DNA of 64,000 nucleotides from Haplodiscus bocki (Eukaryota), in assembly GCA_965655095.1 (NCBI GenBank), contig OZ296649.1, positions 108,810,001 through 108,874,000 of the forward strand, in the 5' to 3' direction. Numbering within the stretch: position 1 is the first letter of the stretch; the number at the start of each line of letters is the position of its first letter. Below, piece by piece: positions 1-12,936 of this stretch. The translations under genes and the position numbers were made by a program. The notes beneath the pieces were generated by a model, which was not told the origin of the DNA, made no database searches, and saw only the letters and a program-made list of their open reading frames with translations.

Positions 1-299
1 AAACAGTAACCAAGAAGAGATTAGCAAAAAATACAGATCTTCTCCAAACCGTTTTAGTGGCCATACGATCCTTCCAACTACCAGTGCTAACTGCTTCATT
101 ATATAAATGCTTTATTGAAACCTAGGGTGAAGTATCTAATGGAAATTGGCCCAAAAAGCAAGAAATATCTGTTATTTTGTTTTTTTTTTGTCATTGCAAG
201 CAGCAACTCTCACCTTGGTAACTGGTAGAATTCAAATTCAGCGGAATCTAGTGTCCATATTATGGTGTTCGTTAACATTTCTGATGAATATGATGACTG

Positions 300-2900
300 T
301 CTTATTTGAAACGATATTCAACATCCAAAGAAGTCAACGAAATGAAAATAAGACGAAAACTCCTGAGAATTTTGGACAGATTAACAGCTGAATGTGAACT
401 TCGAACCAATGCTACAAGTTTGGTGGCCGGCGTTTTCAGGCGGTTGACTGAGAAACAACGATTACCGAGAGATCATTTAGACAGTCCCGAAGAACGTTTA
501 TAGTTGCCTTTGAAGGACGCAATACAAAGTAGAAGTCATGCTGCGAACCAGGTCAAACGACGACAAAAAAGGGTCCACTTTGCTTTAAAAAATCAAGAAC
601 CTCAGGAAGAAAAACATAAAGTTTGTTGCATATTTCACTTAAGAAATTAAAAAAACTCGGGCATTAAAAGAAGAAAATTTTGCGCAACGACTATAGTTTT
701 CACCCCATACTGGAGAAGTGGTAACAATAGAAACAAAGAGCAAATCCAAGAACTTCAACGAAAGTGTAGGAAAAATTTTTTGGACGGCTCAGAGAAAAGC
801 ACGAACGAAATGACGGATAACGATGTCAAAAAATCTTTTACACTTGCATGAAATATGGAAATAAGTGTCAGGCTACTGTTGATTCGGGCTCACTGGTCAC
901 ATACTTCACAATTCTGGACAACAAATTAACAACGGAACAAAAGTTAATTTACATTCGAACAATGGTGCATATTGAAAACTATACTATGATGACTTCACTT
1001 GAAAGCCATTACACTTGATGGGATATTGTTTGGAATATGTTTTGGTAGGTTGCGGCTGAAGCAAATTAATTGGTGAGAGATTAATCAGTTTGAAAATTGA
1101 CATACTAACATCATTAATTGACCCTTTCTGAATGTTCAGCTCATCAACATTCCAATCTCAAAGACACACTCAAAATTTGTTCCATCTAAAAAACATCCAA
1201 AAAGAGGTCACCGGCAATTCAAACCTTGATAGGCAAAATCAAAAATCTTGTTTTCGCGAAGGTCAACTTGGAATATTAAAATAATTCAACACTAATAGAA
1301 ATTTTGCCACATTTGGTCAATCAGGACTCCAAGTCCAATGCAAAAGACAAATTTTATTAATTTCAGGAATGAACCGTTTGCTTCAAATAAAAAGCTATCG
1401 ATTGACACGTTGAAGGGAAAATGAAGGAGGTACAGCTGAAGAAACATGAGATTGATTTTTGAGGCATGTCAAGACCAACAGCACTTTTTGGCAACTCTGG
1501 TAACTCAGAATTCCACTGAATAGATGAGAAGTAACATTTTTTTGGATAACGGAGTAAAAATAGAAAACTAAAGATTGAGAACTTGAAGACAGAACTCACG
1601 GGAAAAACGTTTATGAAAATCGAGCTGAGTGCAAATTATCAGATTGCAAGATTGTCTTGCGATTTCGTTTCCAACTTTTCAATGCAAGATCAGGGTCAGT
1701 AGTGTTTTAAACCAATTTTCCTCCAAGAATATAGACTTTTCGATTGCGAGCTTTGCAGGAAAAAGTCGAGCCTGTAGATATGAAGATACATGAGTTTGAA
1801 CGAAGAGGTTTTTCAAAATGGGAAATAATTGGGCATTCTCGGACTTTCAGGATTGCCACACAACGACGGAATTCAATACTCATTAAATCGAGTAGTCTAA
1901 GAAAAAATCAAAGAATGAGATCTTTTAGCTGAAAATCGAGTCAGTGATTATGGAGAACTAATAGGTGCAACTGATAAAATATTGGTAAAAACGTTTGCAG
2001 TTGTTTGGCAGTCCTGAGCTAACAATAATCCAATACAAAGAACAGAATGTTTGCCTGCAGCAGAGAAAAAACCTCTGCAGCTAAAGGTCTCCGATTTAGA
2101 CTTCTAGACTTCCATGAAGGAAATTAGATTGGTAGTTAGGGTGAAATAAGTGTATGTGTCTGCTGAAAAATCAGAACTAATAGCGCAACTTGGAATTTTG
2201 GGACTATAACAATTCTAATTTCACGATTCAAGGAACCAAAAAAAACAAATTCTAACTTTACATCGCCTCTATATGTAACGTTTGTTCGATTGACACCTTG
2301 ACGGGAAAAACAAACCTGTAGTTACAGAGAAATTTGATATTCAATTAGGAGATGGAACAAAATCATTAGCTCGTTTGGATTATTCGGACTATCAAAACAC
2401 TGAGGTGAGGATCAAAACGACGTCTTTTCTAACTGAATGTTACTGCAGAAATTTCTAGCTTTTGATTGAGAACTTGCTGGAAGAAACTAAGTCTAAAATA
2501 TTGAGATTGAATATCCACATAAGTCAATAGAAAACAAAGATTCGTTTTTTGGGAGTGACCGGACTTTGATGCAAAAAACCAGCTGACTGAAATTCGAACC
2601 AAACTATCTTCTCTAGGTCTGATGTTGTTGATTATTGCCCTCTTGAAGGAAATAAAACCTGTAGTTACAGATAAAAACCATTTCGATAATCGAGAGGAAT
2701 CATTTTTATTCACAAGTTTCAGGAAACTTTGGACCATCAAGATTTTGATGCAGACATCAAAACCAATGGTTTTTCATTTCAATACACCTCCACAGAAGTG
2801 GTGCCTTTGCCTGAGATTTTCATTGATGAAATCAAACCTAGAGTTGCTGAGAAAATTCAGTTTGAATGATGAATTTTAAAACTCAGGGCATCTCTCAGAA
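300..2900 (+). mobile_element. Probable highly decayed LTR retrotransposon (Gypsy-like) gag/pol remnant
   Basis: About 866-900 translates as CQATVDSGSLV, resembling the retroviral aspartic protease D(S/T)G motif. The surrounding sequence is coding-like but full of stops. No LTRs or RT motif could be identified, and boundaries are approximate. Confidence 0.3.
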
Positions 2901-5900
2901 TTTTTGGACTATGGGGATGGTCACGCAGGATACAAATTCAAAAATTTGTCAAAATAGTATTTTTGGATGTAGAATTCTTCTAGTTGGGGCCTAAAGGAAA
3001 GATATGAGTATTGTTTTTGTGGAGAGAAGTGAGTTGCAACATAGCGGAAATTCAAAACTAATTGCGTTTCTCGGTACTCCCTCAATCTAGGTATCACAGG
3101 ACGACATACTCCAGTAAAAGTGTTTTCGAAGCAACATCGCATTTTCTCGACCAGGGGAAACTAAGATAATGAAAATTACTTATACACAAAAACTGGAAAA
3201 AATTGAAATTTTTACATTATTAGTTAATTTTTTTAACCCCTTTATTATTTTGAAACTTTTATCGGCTTCTCTGGACATCAAAAAAATTTTTGTCAACTTT
3301 CTGAAAAAGTTTCAAAAATCCCAGTTTTTTTTAGTTGGGTCGGAATTGGATACTTTTCTAAAAAAACAGACTCCACTTGTCAAAAAAACTCCAAAATTTG
3401 TCCAAAAAACCCCGTTTTTTGGTATCAAGTGATAATAATTTCATGAGTAAAAAAAAGTAGAAAATATAGCGGTGAGCGATAACTCTCACTCTTGTATTAG
3501 TCAAAGCACTAGCGGCTGTGCATAAAAGTCTGCTCGACTTTGGCTTTTTCAGGAAGAGGAAAAACAACGCAGTTTTCTGAATTGATTTTTTCCTTTCGTA
3601 GAAAAACTTTCGAAGTAAAAAATCTACCAAGTGAAACAGGAAGATCTCGAAAGAAGAAGTTGGTCGGATACCTGTGAAACCTATCGCTATCGCAGAAGCT
3701 CTTTTCTAGCAGGCGGTCAATGGTGGGCAGGCGAGATGAACTTTACAAACTGCCGCCGAGATAGGTAGCGGAAGAAAATGGCAGAAAGTTGTTTTCTGAA
3801 AAGACCATCAGCGATAGAACTAACTGTGAATGTTGGACGAGAACAACACGCGAAAACTCAGTTGAGTACTTTTGCGGTTTCAATTTGCAGTAAGGAAAAA
3901 AAATTGAAGCTATAGAGCTCGGCGCGGGGTTCGTTGGATTCAGCAGCCAGTAAAGCGTGATACAACCAAAGAAAAAAACATTGAAGGCAGCAAAGATGAA
4001 ATGGCACTGCGATCTGCGCGAAAGTGGAAAAACGCCAACCACTGAGATTTCTCGAATTGAAATCACTAGTTTGCTAAGTCAAGCACCGAAACGAACATTG
4101 TTCTGAGTTTATATGCGGCTTCTATTCCATTCATTGATTGATTGCTGGAATGTAAAACGCGATGGCTACCGCTCGGAAGCTCTCCTAATGTCTGGAGTGA
4201 AAGAGTTGAAATAAAATCGACTTCTGATATTCTGCGTTCTGCAAAGTTTTTCAGGAGCCATTTGTGAAGACACCAATAACGGTTCAGACTAAATTTTAAG
4301 GCTTTTCTGCTTTACAAAAAGCAGAAAAAACCAATAATTTCTCGAATTCGTCACCATATTACTGAAAAGATTGTCAAAAATTTTTAATTCATGTTCTTTT
4401 TCCGGAAACTATTGCTAATAGCTCACCCATTTAATCTCCGGAAGTCAAAATCTGAAATAATGGAGGCAGACTTTGTGTTAGCAATGTGGTTCACCACTGT
4501 GCAAACTAGTGGTAATCTTTGACTACTTTGGAGAGCGCCTAATGTCTATTATTTCCAAAAAGAAATCCCAAAACTCAAACTTTTGACTAACGATTACTGT
4601 GGCATTATAAACTGACACAATTGTCAAAAAGAACAACTGCAGTGGAAGCACTGTGTGGATTGCAGTTCAACTACTCCGGCTAGGTCTGGGAAGCCGATGA
4701 GCTGACGATAACATACTTCATCCGAAAATAAAAAAAACCTCTAACAAGGCGCCATTATTCATCAGCAACTTAGGTTTTGGGAAACCCGAAACAAAGTAGC
4801 TTGTAGCTATTAAAACCTTTGAATGCTCAACGGACGGCTCCAGCAGTCAAACGGTTGAGAAAACTAACTTCAGATATCCGGCAAAGACAAAATTTTACTC
4901 AAATGTTATAATTTTCGCTCTTTATTTTGTATACTAACGACCAAAGTATTGAAATTTTTAAGCTTGCTCGCTTTTCCAGACTTGCATAATTTTTGTTGCC
5001 TGTAGGAAATGAAGGTTGAGATCTTTGTGCTAGCATTTAGGCTCTATACGATTTTGCCTCAGAACTTTAGATCAGTCAAGTCAAGCTCCTCAGCTAGAAT
5101 TCAACTGTAGAGAGTAGTCGATTGTGATTGTGAATTGAGACATCCTGATTTGCGTAAAAAGTAATCACAATCGACTAATCTCCCTAGTTCAATTTTACCC
5201 AAATCAGGATGTCTCAGTTTACACAAAACAACAGCCGTTGTGAAGGTCTCTTTCTTTAGTTTCTACCAGAGTGCTCACGTACAAAACAAAAAATGAATGT
5301 TTTTTTTTGGGGATCAGAAAACGACAAGGCCATTTGCTGTCATTAAATTTCTGGAAAGTCGTGATAAAGGTGGAGAGTCATTCATTTAGAAATTCATATT
5401 GATTCAAAGAGTTTCGAAAATGGAACGAAACTATGCTCTCGAAGTTCGAATGGAACACCATTGAGTTGAAATGCGAGTCGGAGTAAATCTATTTGGTCAC
5501 CATTTCTGTAATATCAAAAAAACAGGTAAAAAATGGTTAGTGATAAGAGAACAACTGATCCTTTAAAAAGAACAGTGAGGAATCATTTTCACTACAAATC
5601 AAGTCATGGGTGTTTCGCCTTTTCTGATGGCATAGATTTAGCTATTAAATTAAACAACAACCGAGAAGCCTAATTGTTGTGATAAACTTATTAAATAGAT
5701 CTTTTCAGGGATTTGATGCAGGGGTAGCAGTTGACACCTCCAGATCGTTTGATTCCTAAATTTACTTCTCGGTATTGCCATAGTACTATCGGTATTGCCG
5801 TAGCACTATCGGTATTGGCGTAAAAACCTGGAGAAGTTTCCAATACCCTACTACAATATTCTCAACCTTCAAGACACAAAGTACAACAACAGGCCACCTT

Positions 5901-5960
5901 CTTAGGTTCCAAAAACGTTTTGTATTGATATAAATCGGTTGCAAACATTATTTCTACAAT

Positions 5961-6716
5961 ATGGTCAAAAAAGGCAAAAAAAGTTCAACAAAAACCTGTC
6001 TATGCTCTGAATGCTCTGCTGAATTATCAGACAATTCCAATTCCATATGTTGCCATTCGTGTAATAACTGGCATCATGGGTCTTGTGTGAACTTATCTGC
6101 TGAAAATATTTCTTTCCTTGGGAGTAGTAATAACTTTTTTTGGAAATGCAACAGTTGTATTTCCATTAAGGTTACGCCACTTAAAACACTGGAAGCGAAA
6201 ATTGACTCCCTCCTATTCAAACTAGAAGAACCCAGAACTGAAATACAACCAGCTCGACCCTCAAAACCTATAGAAGTATTACAAAACAATAAATATGATC
6301 ATCACTATAGAGTTCGTATTTCCGGAAACAGTGAAAGCAAAGAAAAATCATTTATTGATAGACAATTTGCTGATAAAGAAAAAGTGGAAGAAGTCTTCAA
6401 AAAACTAAATGTTAATTGTCCAATTATCGAAACAAACAGACGTGGTAAATTCATTGAAGATCGCCAAAGAAAACTAATAGCTACTTTCTCATCACCATGG
6501 GATGCGCGTTTAGTAATATCTAGTGCAATTCAGAAAAAATTATTTGGAACCGATAAAATTCTTATTACAACGGATTTATCACCATCAGATCTTGCAATAG
6601 AAAGAAAACTATTATCAAAGCGCTATGAACTGATATCCAATGGTGTGCTAAAAGAAACTCTGAAAATACGTTACTTGGAACTTTATCAAGGCAAAAAAGA
6701 AGTAAACGTCGACTGA
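5961..6716 (+). CDS. LINE ORF1 protein with N-terminal PHD finger
   Basis: CSEC...CCHSCNNWHHGSCV...WKCNSC gives C4HC3 PHD spacing, followed by an ORF1-like RISG...RKLIATF region. Intact 251-aa ORF directly upstream of ORF2. Confidence 0.85.
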   Translation: MVKKGKKSSTKTCLCSECSAELSDNSNSICCHSCNNWHHGSCVNLSAENISFLGSSNNFFWKCNSCISIKVTPLKTLEAKIDSLLFKLEEPRTEIQPARPSKPIEVLQNNKYDHHYRVRISGNSESKEKSFIDRQFADKEKVEEVFKKLNVNCPIIETNRRGKFIEDRQRKLIATFSSPWDARLVISSAIQKKLFGTDKILITTDLSPSDLAIERKLLSKRYELISNGVLKETLKIRYLELYQGKKEVNVD

Positions 6717-9491
6717 CTAAATAAAGAAGCAAAATGTCTTTTAATCAATTGTCAGAGCCTTCTCTCACTTAATCGTCGCTTATCGTTACTATCAAAGGTA
6801 AATTTATTATCCGCCGACATTGTTTTGTGCACCGAAACTTGGCTCGTTGAAAATTTTACACAAAATATTTTTCCTGACGACAATTATTCAATTATAAATC
6901 GTTCGGACAGATATACTGGTTCACACGGCGGTGTATTGGTTCTGTCTAGAAAATGTTTAAAAGTGCGCAAAGTATCTCTTAATGCCGATTTTATGTGCTC
7001 AGTTATCTATAACAATGTACTTATTATTACCATATACAATCCACCCTTTACCAGTGATTTTCGCATCAAAGATATTATTCTGACAGAGAATATTGATAAA
7101 ACTATTTCCAAAGCCAAATGTGACAACGTTATTATTTGTGGTGATTTTAACATGCCAAAAATCGATTGGAACAGCTTGACTGAAAGCACAACTTCAGAGT
7201 ATCCCTTATTCCTCGAAATGTTAACTAAAAACGGCTATGAACAAATTATTACTTGACCCACCCATCAATCTGGAAATATTCTCGACTGTGTGTTTATAAA
7301 TTATGGGTCAACGCATTTTACCATAGATGAAAATTCATTTTCCGATCACTATTTTGTTGAGTTCGACATTCCGAGAACACACTCTTCATGTGACTCTACA
7401 TCTCAGCCTATACTATCCCTTAAACCAGATTACCCAATAATAAATCAGTGTATCGGATATAATTTATTCTCATTTTTTATACCTGATACGACTGCCTATT
7501 ATTCCCACTGGATTGGAGAATTAACTTCCAATATTCAACCCTTCTTCAAACGTAAGCGGCAACAAAGAACCCAATTTCCTAGCTTTTACAGTTCGCACAC
7601 TATTCACATGCTCAACAAGCTCCGTACCACACACAGAAGAATCAATCGACAACCAACGTATAATCCCACACCATCAGTTCAAATATTAACCACCAATGTA
7701 CAAAAATCTTTTGCTCTTGATACCCATATATTCATTGAAAAATTTGTAGACGCGAATCTGAACGTTAATGATTGCTATAAACTGATCAATTCTTTTCCAG
7801 CGTAGCAATAAATTACCAGCTTGTATGACTCTGAACGATGAAATCCTAATTGATGATCTTAAAAAAGCGAATGGTTTCAACAAACATTTTTGCAGTGTTT
7901 TTAAGAGAGATAGTCTACCATTTTCTGATTTCTCTGAAAATACCCTAAACAATAATGAATTCACAATTCAAGACGTCGATAAGCATCTACGACAAACAAA
8001 ACTTGGTTCTAGTACAGATGCTATTAATGGTGATTTCATCTTACAGACTTCTAATGCACTGGGTATCCATTACCATAATTTATTAAAGAACTTGGTAAAA
8101 CACTCATATTGGCCAAATGAATGGAAGCAAGCTTTAATAAAACCCCTTCATAAATCTGGTAATATCGAATCGATATGTAATTATAGACCAATTTCTTGTT
8201 TATCAAAATTATCATTAGTATTTGAGCGCTTACTGTTCAATAAGTTATATGATTTCTTCTCCCCCCAACTATCCGGCTCCCAATTTGGTTTTATGAGATG
8301 CAAATCCACGGTGCTACAACTAATAATTTATTTGCAGGCTATCTACAATAACGTTGACACAAATTCAGATTGTTATGCACTTTATCTCGATTTCTCAAAA
8401 GCATTTGATAGCGTATCTCACGCGACGCTACTCGAAAAATTACGCCTTTTGGTATTGGAGGATCTTTGCTAAGGTTGCTATCGAGCTACCTAACAAATCG
8501 CGTTCAATGCGTTAAACTCAACAATATTATATCAGCGTCTTTACCAGTCACCAGTGGTGGGCCTCAGGGATCGGTTTTGGGTCCACTCCTTTTTTAGGTT
8601 TTTATCAACGACCTGCCAACCCAAGTATCGCTCTCAAAAACATTCCTGTATGCCGATGATCTTAAGCTTATTCATAACAACCTTCTAGAAATGCAAAATG
8701 ATATTTTAGCACTTTCTCAGTCGTCAAAGGTAAACAAGTTATCATTCAATGCCAAAAAGACACAGCTCATTTCATTCAATTTTCGGTCTCAAGACTGCAT
8801 CACAGATATTCCAGTTCTTATCCTGGATGACCATGAAATATTTCTTCAAAAAAGCGTGGTTGATCTTGGTATATCTTTTTCAAGCAACTTAGCTTGGTCA
8901 AAACTTATATCTGATCGTCTAAAAGCATGTTACATTAGAATTATATCCTTAAGAAGATGTCTACCGCTGCATTTACATAGCCAAATCAAGACTAAATTGT
9001 ATAAGACCTATATTTTGCCAAAATTACTTTACGGGTCACAAGTTTGGTCCCCGAATCGGAAAGACCTATCTAAATTAGAACAGTTCCAGAAAATTGTCTC
9101 AAAGTGGATATGCAAGGGTGCTACATACAAGACTAGATTAATCTCGTCCGGTTTACTTCCTATAAATCTTCTCCTGAAAATAAACGATCTGCTATTTCTC
9201 AACCGAATCCTAAATGGCATGTATGATTTTGTTTTTCATAACTTTTTATCGATCACTCACCCCTGTGACAGTGTTTACTACAACACTAGATCTACCCTGA
9301 AGCCCGTTCTCAAGGTTAAATCAACTCGTACAAAACAGGCCGACAATCACTTTTTCCAGCGAATTGTTCCCCTGTCAAACTGGTTGTTGAAGGAGCACAA
9401 TGTCGACTCTTTCGTTGAGCGTAACATCTTCAAACCTCGAGTGAAACAGTTGTTCAAACGCTTATTTGCATCAGATGAATTTGTTTTATAA
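6717..9491 (+). pseudogene. LINE ORF2 (AP endonuclease plus reverse transcriptase), broken by stops and a frameshift
   Basis: APE motifs TETW, GGV, IYNPP, GDFN, SDH. RT motifs NYRPIS, QFGF, LDFSKAFDSV, GPQGSVLGP and YADD (about 8649). Split into ORFs 6825-7256, 7290-7805, 7825-8472 and 8691-9491. Confidence 0.9.
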
Positions 9492-11533
9492 TTTTTAGTT
9501 TGTCATATTGTTTAATTTTTAGTCCTTACGAATAGTAATAAAGTCTTACATACATACATACATTCTGTGTAGTCACTTCAGTATGCTAGTTCAAATCAAA
9601 GTCATAAATGAGTTCTAAAACTCATAAGAGTTTTATTGTAACTGAGGTAAGTTGTATTCCTGTGAAAAAGTTAAAGACGTCGCAGTTATTCGTATCCCCA
9701 ATGTGCTCGTTAACCAAATTGATATCAATAAAGAGTTGAAAGAGACAAGGTCGAATGGCAACCAAGCCTAAATGGTTGGTAGAATTTTTAGGAGGCCGGT
9801 AGAAGACAACAAAGGAGCCAGATGGGAAATAAATGGGAAATTTTCCGAAAATTTTCCAAAACACTGAGTTGACGAAGTCCAGTGTCAGTATTCACGACAG
9901 ACCCGTGTTGACATTTTGCATGATCACAACAAGCAAAAACTTTCAATTTCGGGTCCAAAAACAGTTCATCGCTTCCATTGGAGGAATTCAATCAGGTTTC
10001 AGTGGAGAGTACGAGGGAGCAAGAAAGGCAGTTTATAGTGAAAAGCAGGTTATGTCGCTTGGAAAGGCCGTATATGGATTGGCAACTCGTAAGAAGCGTT
10101 TTTTTGTTAGTCGAGATGCCGAAGTCAGTATCAGGTCATCGTTGTGAAAGAGTTTGCGTTTTCTAATGCAAAAGTTTGAACGTAGTTTTCATACTTTTTC
10201 ACTGAGTTCGTTTCGCTTAGACAACAGTGCTCATGAACTTTTCACTGTGGAGGGGCATTTTGAAAACTTTTAAACGGTGAGACACGATTAAAGCAGCGAT
10301 CGAGAAAATTTTTTCATAATCAGCAACATTGGAGGACATTTTCTGCATTCTGATTCGGTATCAAGAAGGTTTTCCTCTCAGTGGAGAATTGAAACAGTGT
10401 TACTTTCAGCTTTTAATCCCATATGTTGAACTTTTATCAACAAAGCTTAGGTTATAATCCCTTCTTGTATAAATTTGTCATTTTCCATCAATTCAAATAA
10501 TGACAATTGCATATTTTTCAGTAGATCTGCGCTTCCATGTTGAATTTTTCCTTGTTGAAGGCTCGTGAAAAGATGGAATAAACATAGCAGCTTCAACATT
10601 ATCATCATTTGCGGCAAAACCTGCTAAATAACTTTAGGGGAACTATTTTTGAAGTAGTTGATGAGGCATCGTTTCATGAAGAGAATAAAAGTAACAACTT
10701 AGCTCCGGATTTAAGTGGATGACTACCTTCAATGCAATTGGCAAAGATCCAGGCGCAGTTTTCATTTGTACCAAACTATTTCACCTCTTAGATCGTCAAG
10801 GCGACACAGGGTCCATGGACCCCGTTTCTAAATGAATGAAGAAAATCTGTGCCAGAATTACAATCTTTCAAACATGGAGCATTTTTTCTTGCACGTGGAG
10901 TTTCTAAAAGCTTGATGGCCGCTGCGAAAAATAGAGTATTTGAAACTATTTAGTGGTTCAGAGTCTTCAATTTCTGTATTATATTGAATTACATATTGGT
11001 TGTTTCGGCTAAATAATGGATTACATAATGGTTGTGTTGGGGTAAATAATTGTTCAGAATCGGACTTTTTTCTGTTTACCATAATGGATTCCATAATGGC
11101 CATTATGGATGGCACTGGCTTTAAAAATGGCCGAATTGGGGGTATGTTTTTCAAAGGGACTTTAAATGTGGTCATACCATTTTTCCTATCCCTGCCTAAA
11201 ATGCCGAAATCCAAAATACCAAAAATCTGCATTTTTTCCAAAACCATGTACCAAAATTTTTAGTGATACAGCCCTAGATATGTTGAACCGTCCGGGCAGC
11301 GGCGTCTTGGGCCGTTCTCGTCTTGTAACTGTGTCATAAAGATTCCCGGATGTTAGGCTGGGAAGTTTTTCTGGATCAAAGGCGTTTTCAACAGATTTTA
11401 CCAAAGTGAATGTTTGCACTACCCAGAGACTTAGTTGATCCAACTCTCGTATTAGATTATTTTTTCAGAGACGTCACAATGTGTTAGAGGTATCGGAACC
11501 TAGCGTTTATTTCTGAGATTGCACAAGACGAAT

Positions 11534-11875
11534 ATGGGGAAGGCTTCTGATTCAAAAATACCAAATTCGAAAGTAAAACGAATCATGTTGCAGAATGAGG
11601 ATGTCGGACGGATCGATTCGGTGTGCCCAGTCGTAATGTCGAAAGCGGCCGAAGTTCTTTTGACTCAAGTTTTGAAAGATGCAATGATACAAGCTTCGAA
11701 AGAAGGTAGGAAAGTCCTCTCCAAAAGTGATATCGAAAAAGCCTATGAGTGCTATTTGCATGGCACATCATATCAAAGTCAAACATTTAGTCAATCCCGA
11801 AAGCGGAAACGAAAGCATTTATTCCTTGACGACGAAAATGGCAATATCCCAATAGACAACGGATCTCCATTGTAA
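11534..11875 (+). CDS. DRAP1: Histone-fold protein, DRAP1/NC2-alpha-like (single exon)
   Basis: KIPNSKVKRIMLQNEDVGRIDSVCPVVMSKAAEVLL...KVLSKSDI resembles the NC2-alpha/NF-YC histone fold (P..RIKKIMQ.DE.VG....P..IS.A.E.F). ATG at 11534. A paralogue such as POLE4 or NF-YC is not excluded. Confidence 0.7.
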   Translation: MGKASDSKIPNSKVKRIMLQNEDVGRIDSVCPVVMSKAAEVLLTQVLKDAMIQASKEGRKVLSKSDIEKAYECYLHGTSYQSQTFSQSRKRKRKHLFLDDENGNIPIDNGSPL

Positions 11876-12936
11876 CAGAAGAATCTTGTACTTGATAGCG
11901 ATAAAATGTTAGCATCAACGTGTTATCCCTGGCTAGAACAGAGCTGTTCATTTATTTCTGAAAACTGTGTCAGTTTTTGCAAATTCTTATGTCAGATTTT
12001 TTTATAAAGCATGATTCGATTTCATTGAGTTTTACTTTCCACATTTTGCTAAAATACTGAATTCCTTTTTTAAACTAAATATTTTTCGACAGTATACTCA
12101 CACAGGGACCGGCAATTCTTTATTGCACTTGCGATTATTGCAATATAGTTGCAGTTTTCATTGAATTTCCTAAATTGCAAGCATCAATTAATATGAGAAA
12201 AATTTGTTTCAAATATAAGACATATTTAACAAAAAAAAATAGAACAAGTATTCAAGCATTTTCCTTAGTCAATTCTCAAAATCTCTGAAAAGCAGCACCA
12301 ATGAGGTTTAAGAATTGCTTAACTATAATTTAGTATAGTGTTGTTTAATGTAATTGCTTAACTTGACAGACATATATCAAAGAAAAAGAACGATTTAGTT
12401 TTTCATGAGAACTTAAACATTTGGTAAATGCTTGCAAAAATGCCTATTGAGAATTATATACAAGAGTTGTTTTTTTGTTCAATTGATTTTCGACGTCAGC
12501 AAGCATATAGCTCAAAGTTGGCGATATTGATTGAGTCCAAATAGGGAATGGGCTTGCATTTGAAAAGCATGATTGTACATAGCATGAATGTAGAAAATAT
12601 GATGGGTGTCAGGAAACATTAGATAACAGGGCCCATTTTATTATCATATTAATAGCCAAGAGTTTTGAAAAAAGGGTGGACCAAATAGTTTCACGTTCCA
12701 ACTTCGGTGTGCTTTTGCACTTTGGAATCGGGCTATTTTGAACAAGGCGCTGAAAAACCTAACAACAGATTCTGTATCATATTTATTTATTGCTCGCTAT
12801 TTTGTGTTTTTAATTGTTTCCAAATCAAATAAGTTGCCCTATAAACAATTTGGCGTCTCAGAAATAAGCCACCGTTCAATCAAAACGTTTTCTTCTTTTC
12901 AGTCATCAGTGAAAAATTGGTGTCTTTTCAGAACCG

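Larger units (their letters stand above)
5769..9563 (+). mobile_element. Non-LTR retrotransposon (LINE, CR1/L2-like), near full length, ORF2 disrupted
   Basis: PHD-finger ORF1 followed by an APE endonuclease-RT ORF2. AATAAA at 9537-9542 and a (TACA)n tail at 9547-9563. A 20-bp tandem repeat at 5769-5822 lies in the putative 5' UTR. The 5' boundary is uncertain. Confidence 0.88.

Noticed and set aside
9622-11443. Cluster of short ORFs between the LINE and the DRAP1-like gene
   Set aside because: No recognisable domain or consistent exon chain could be built; 10858-11263 is ATAATGG-rich low-complexity sequence.
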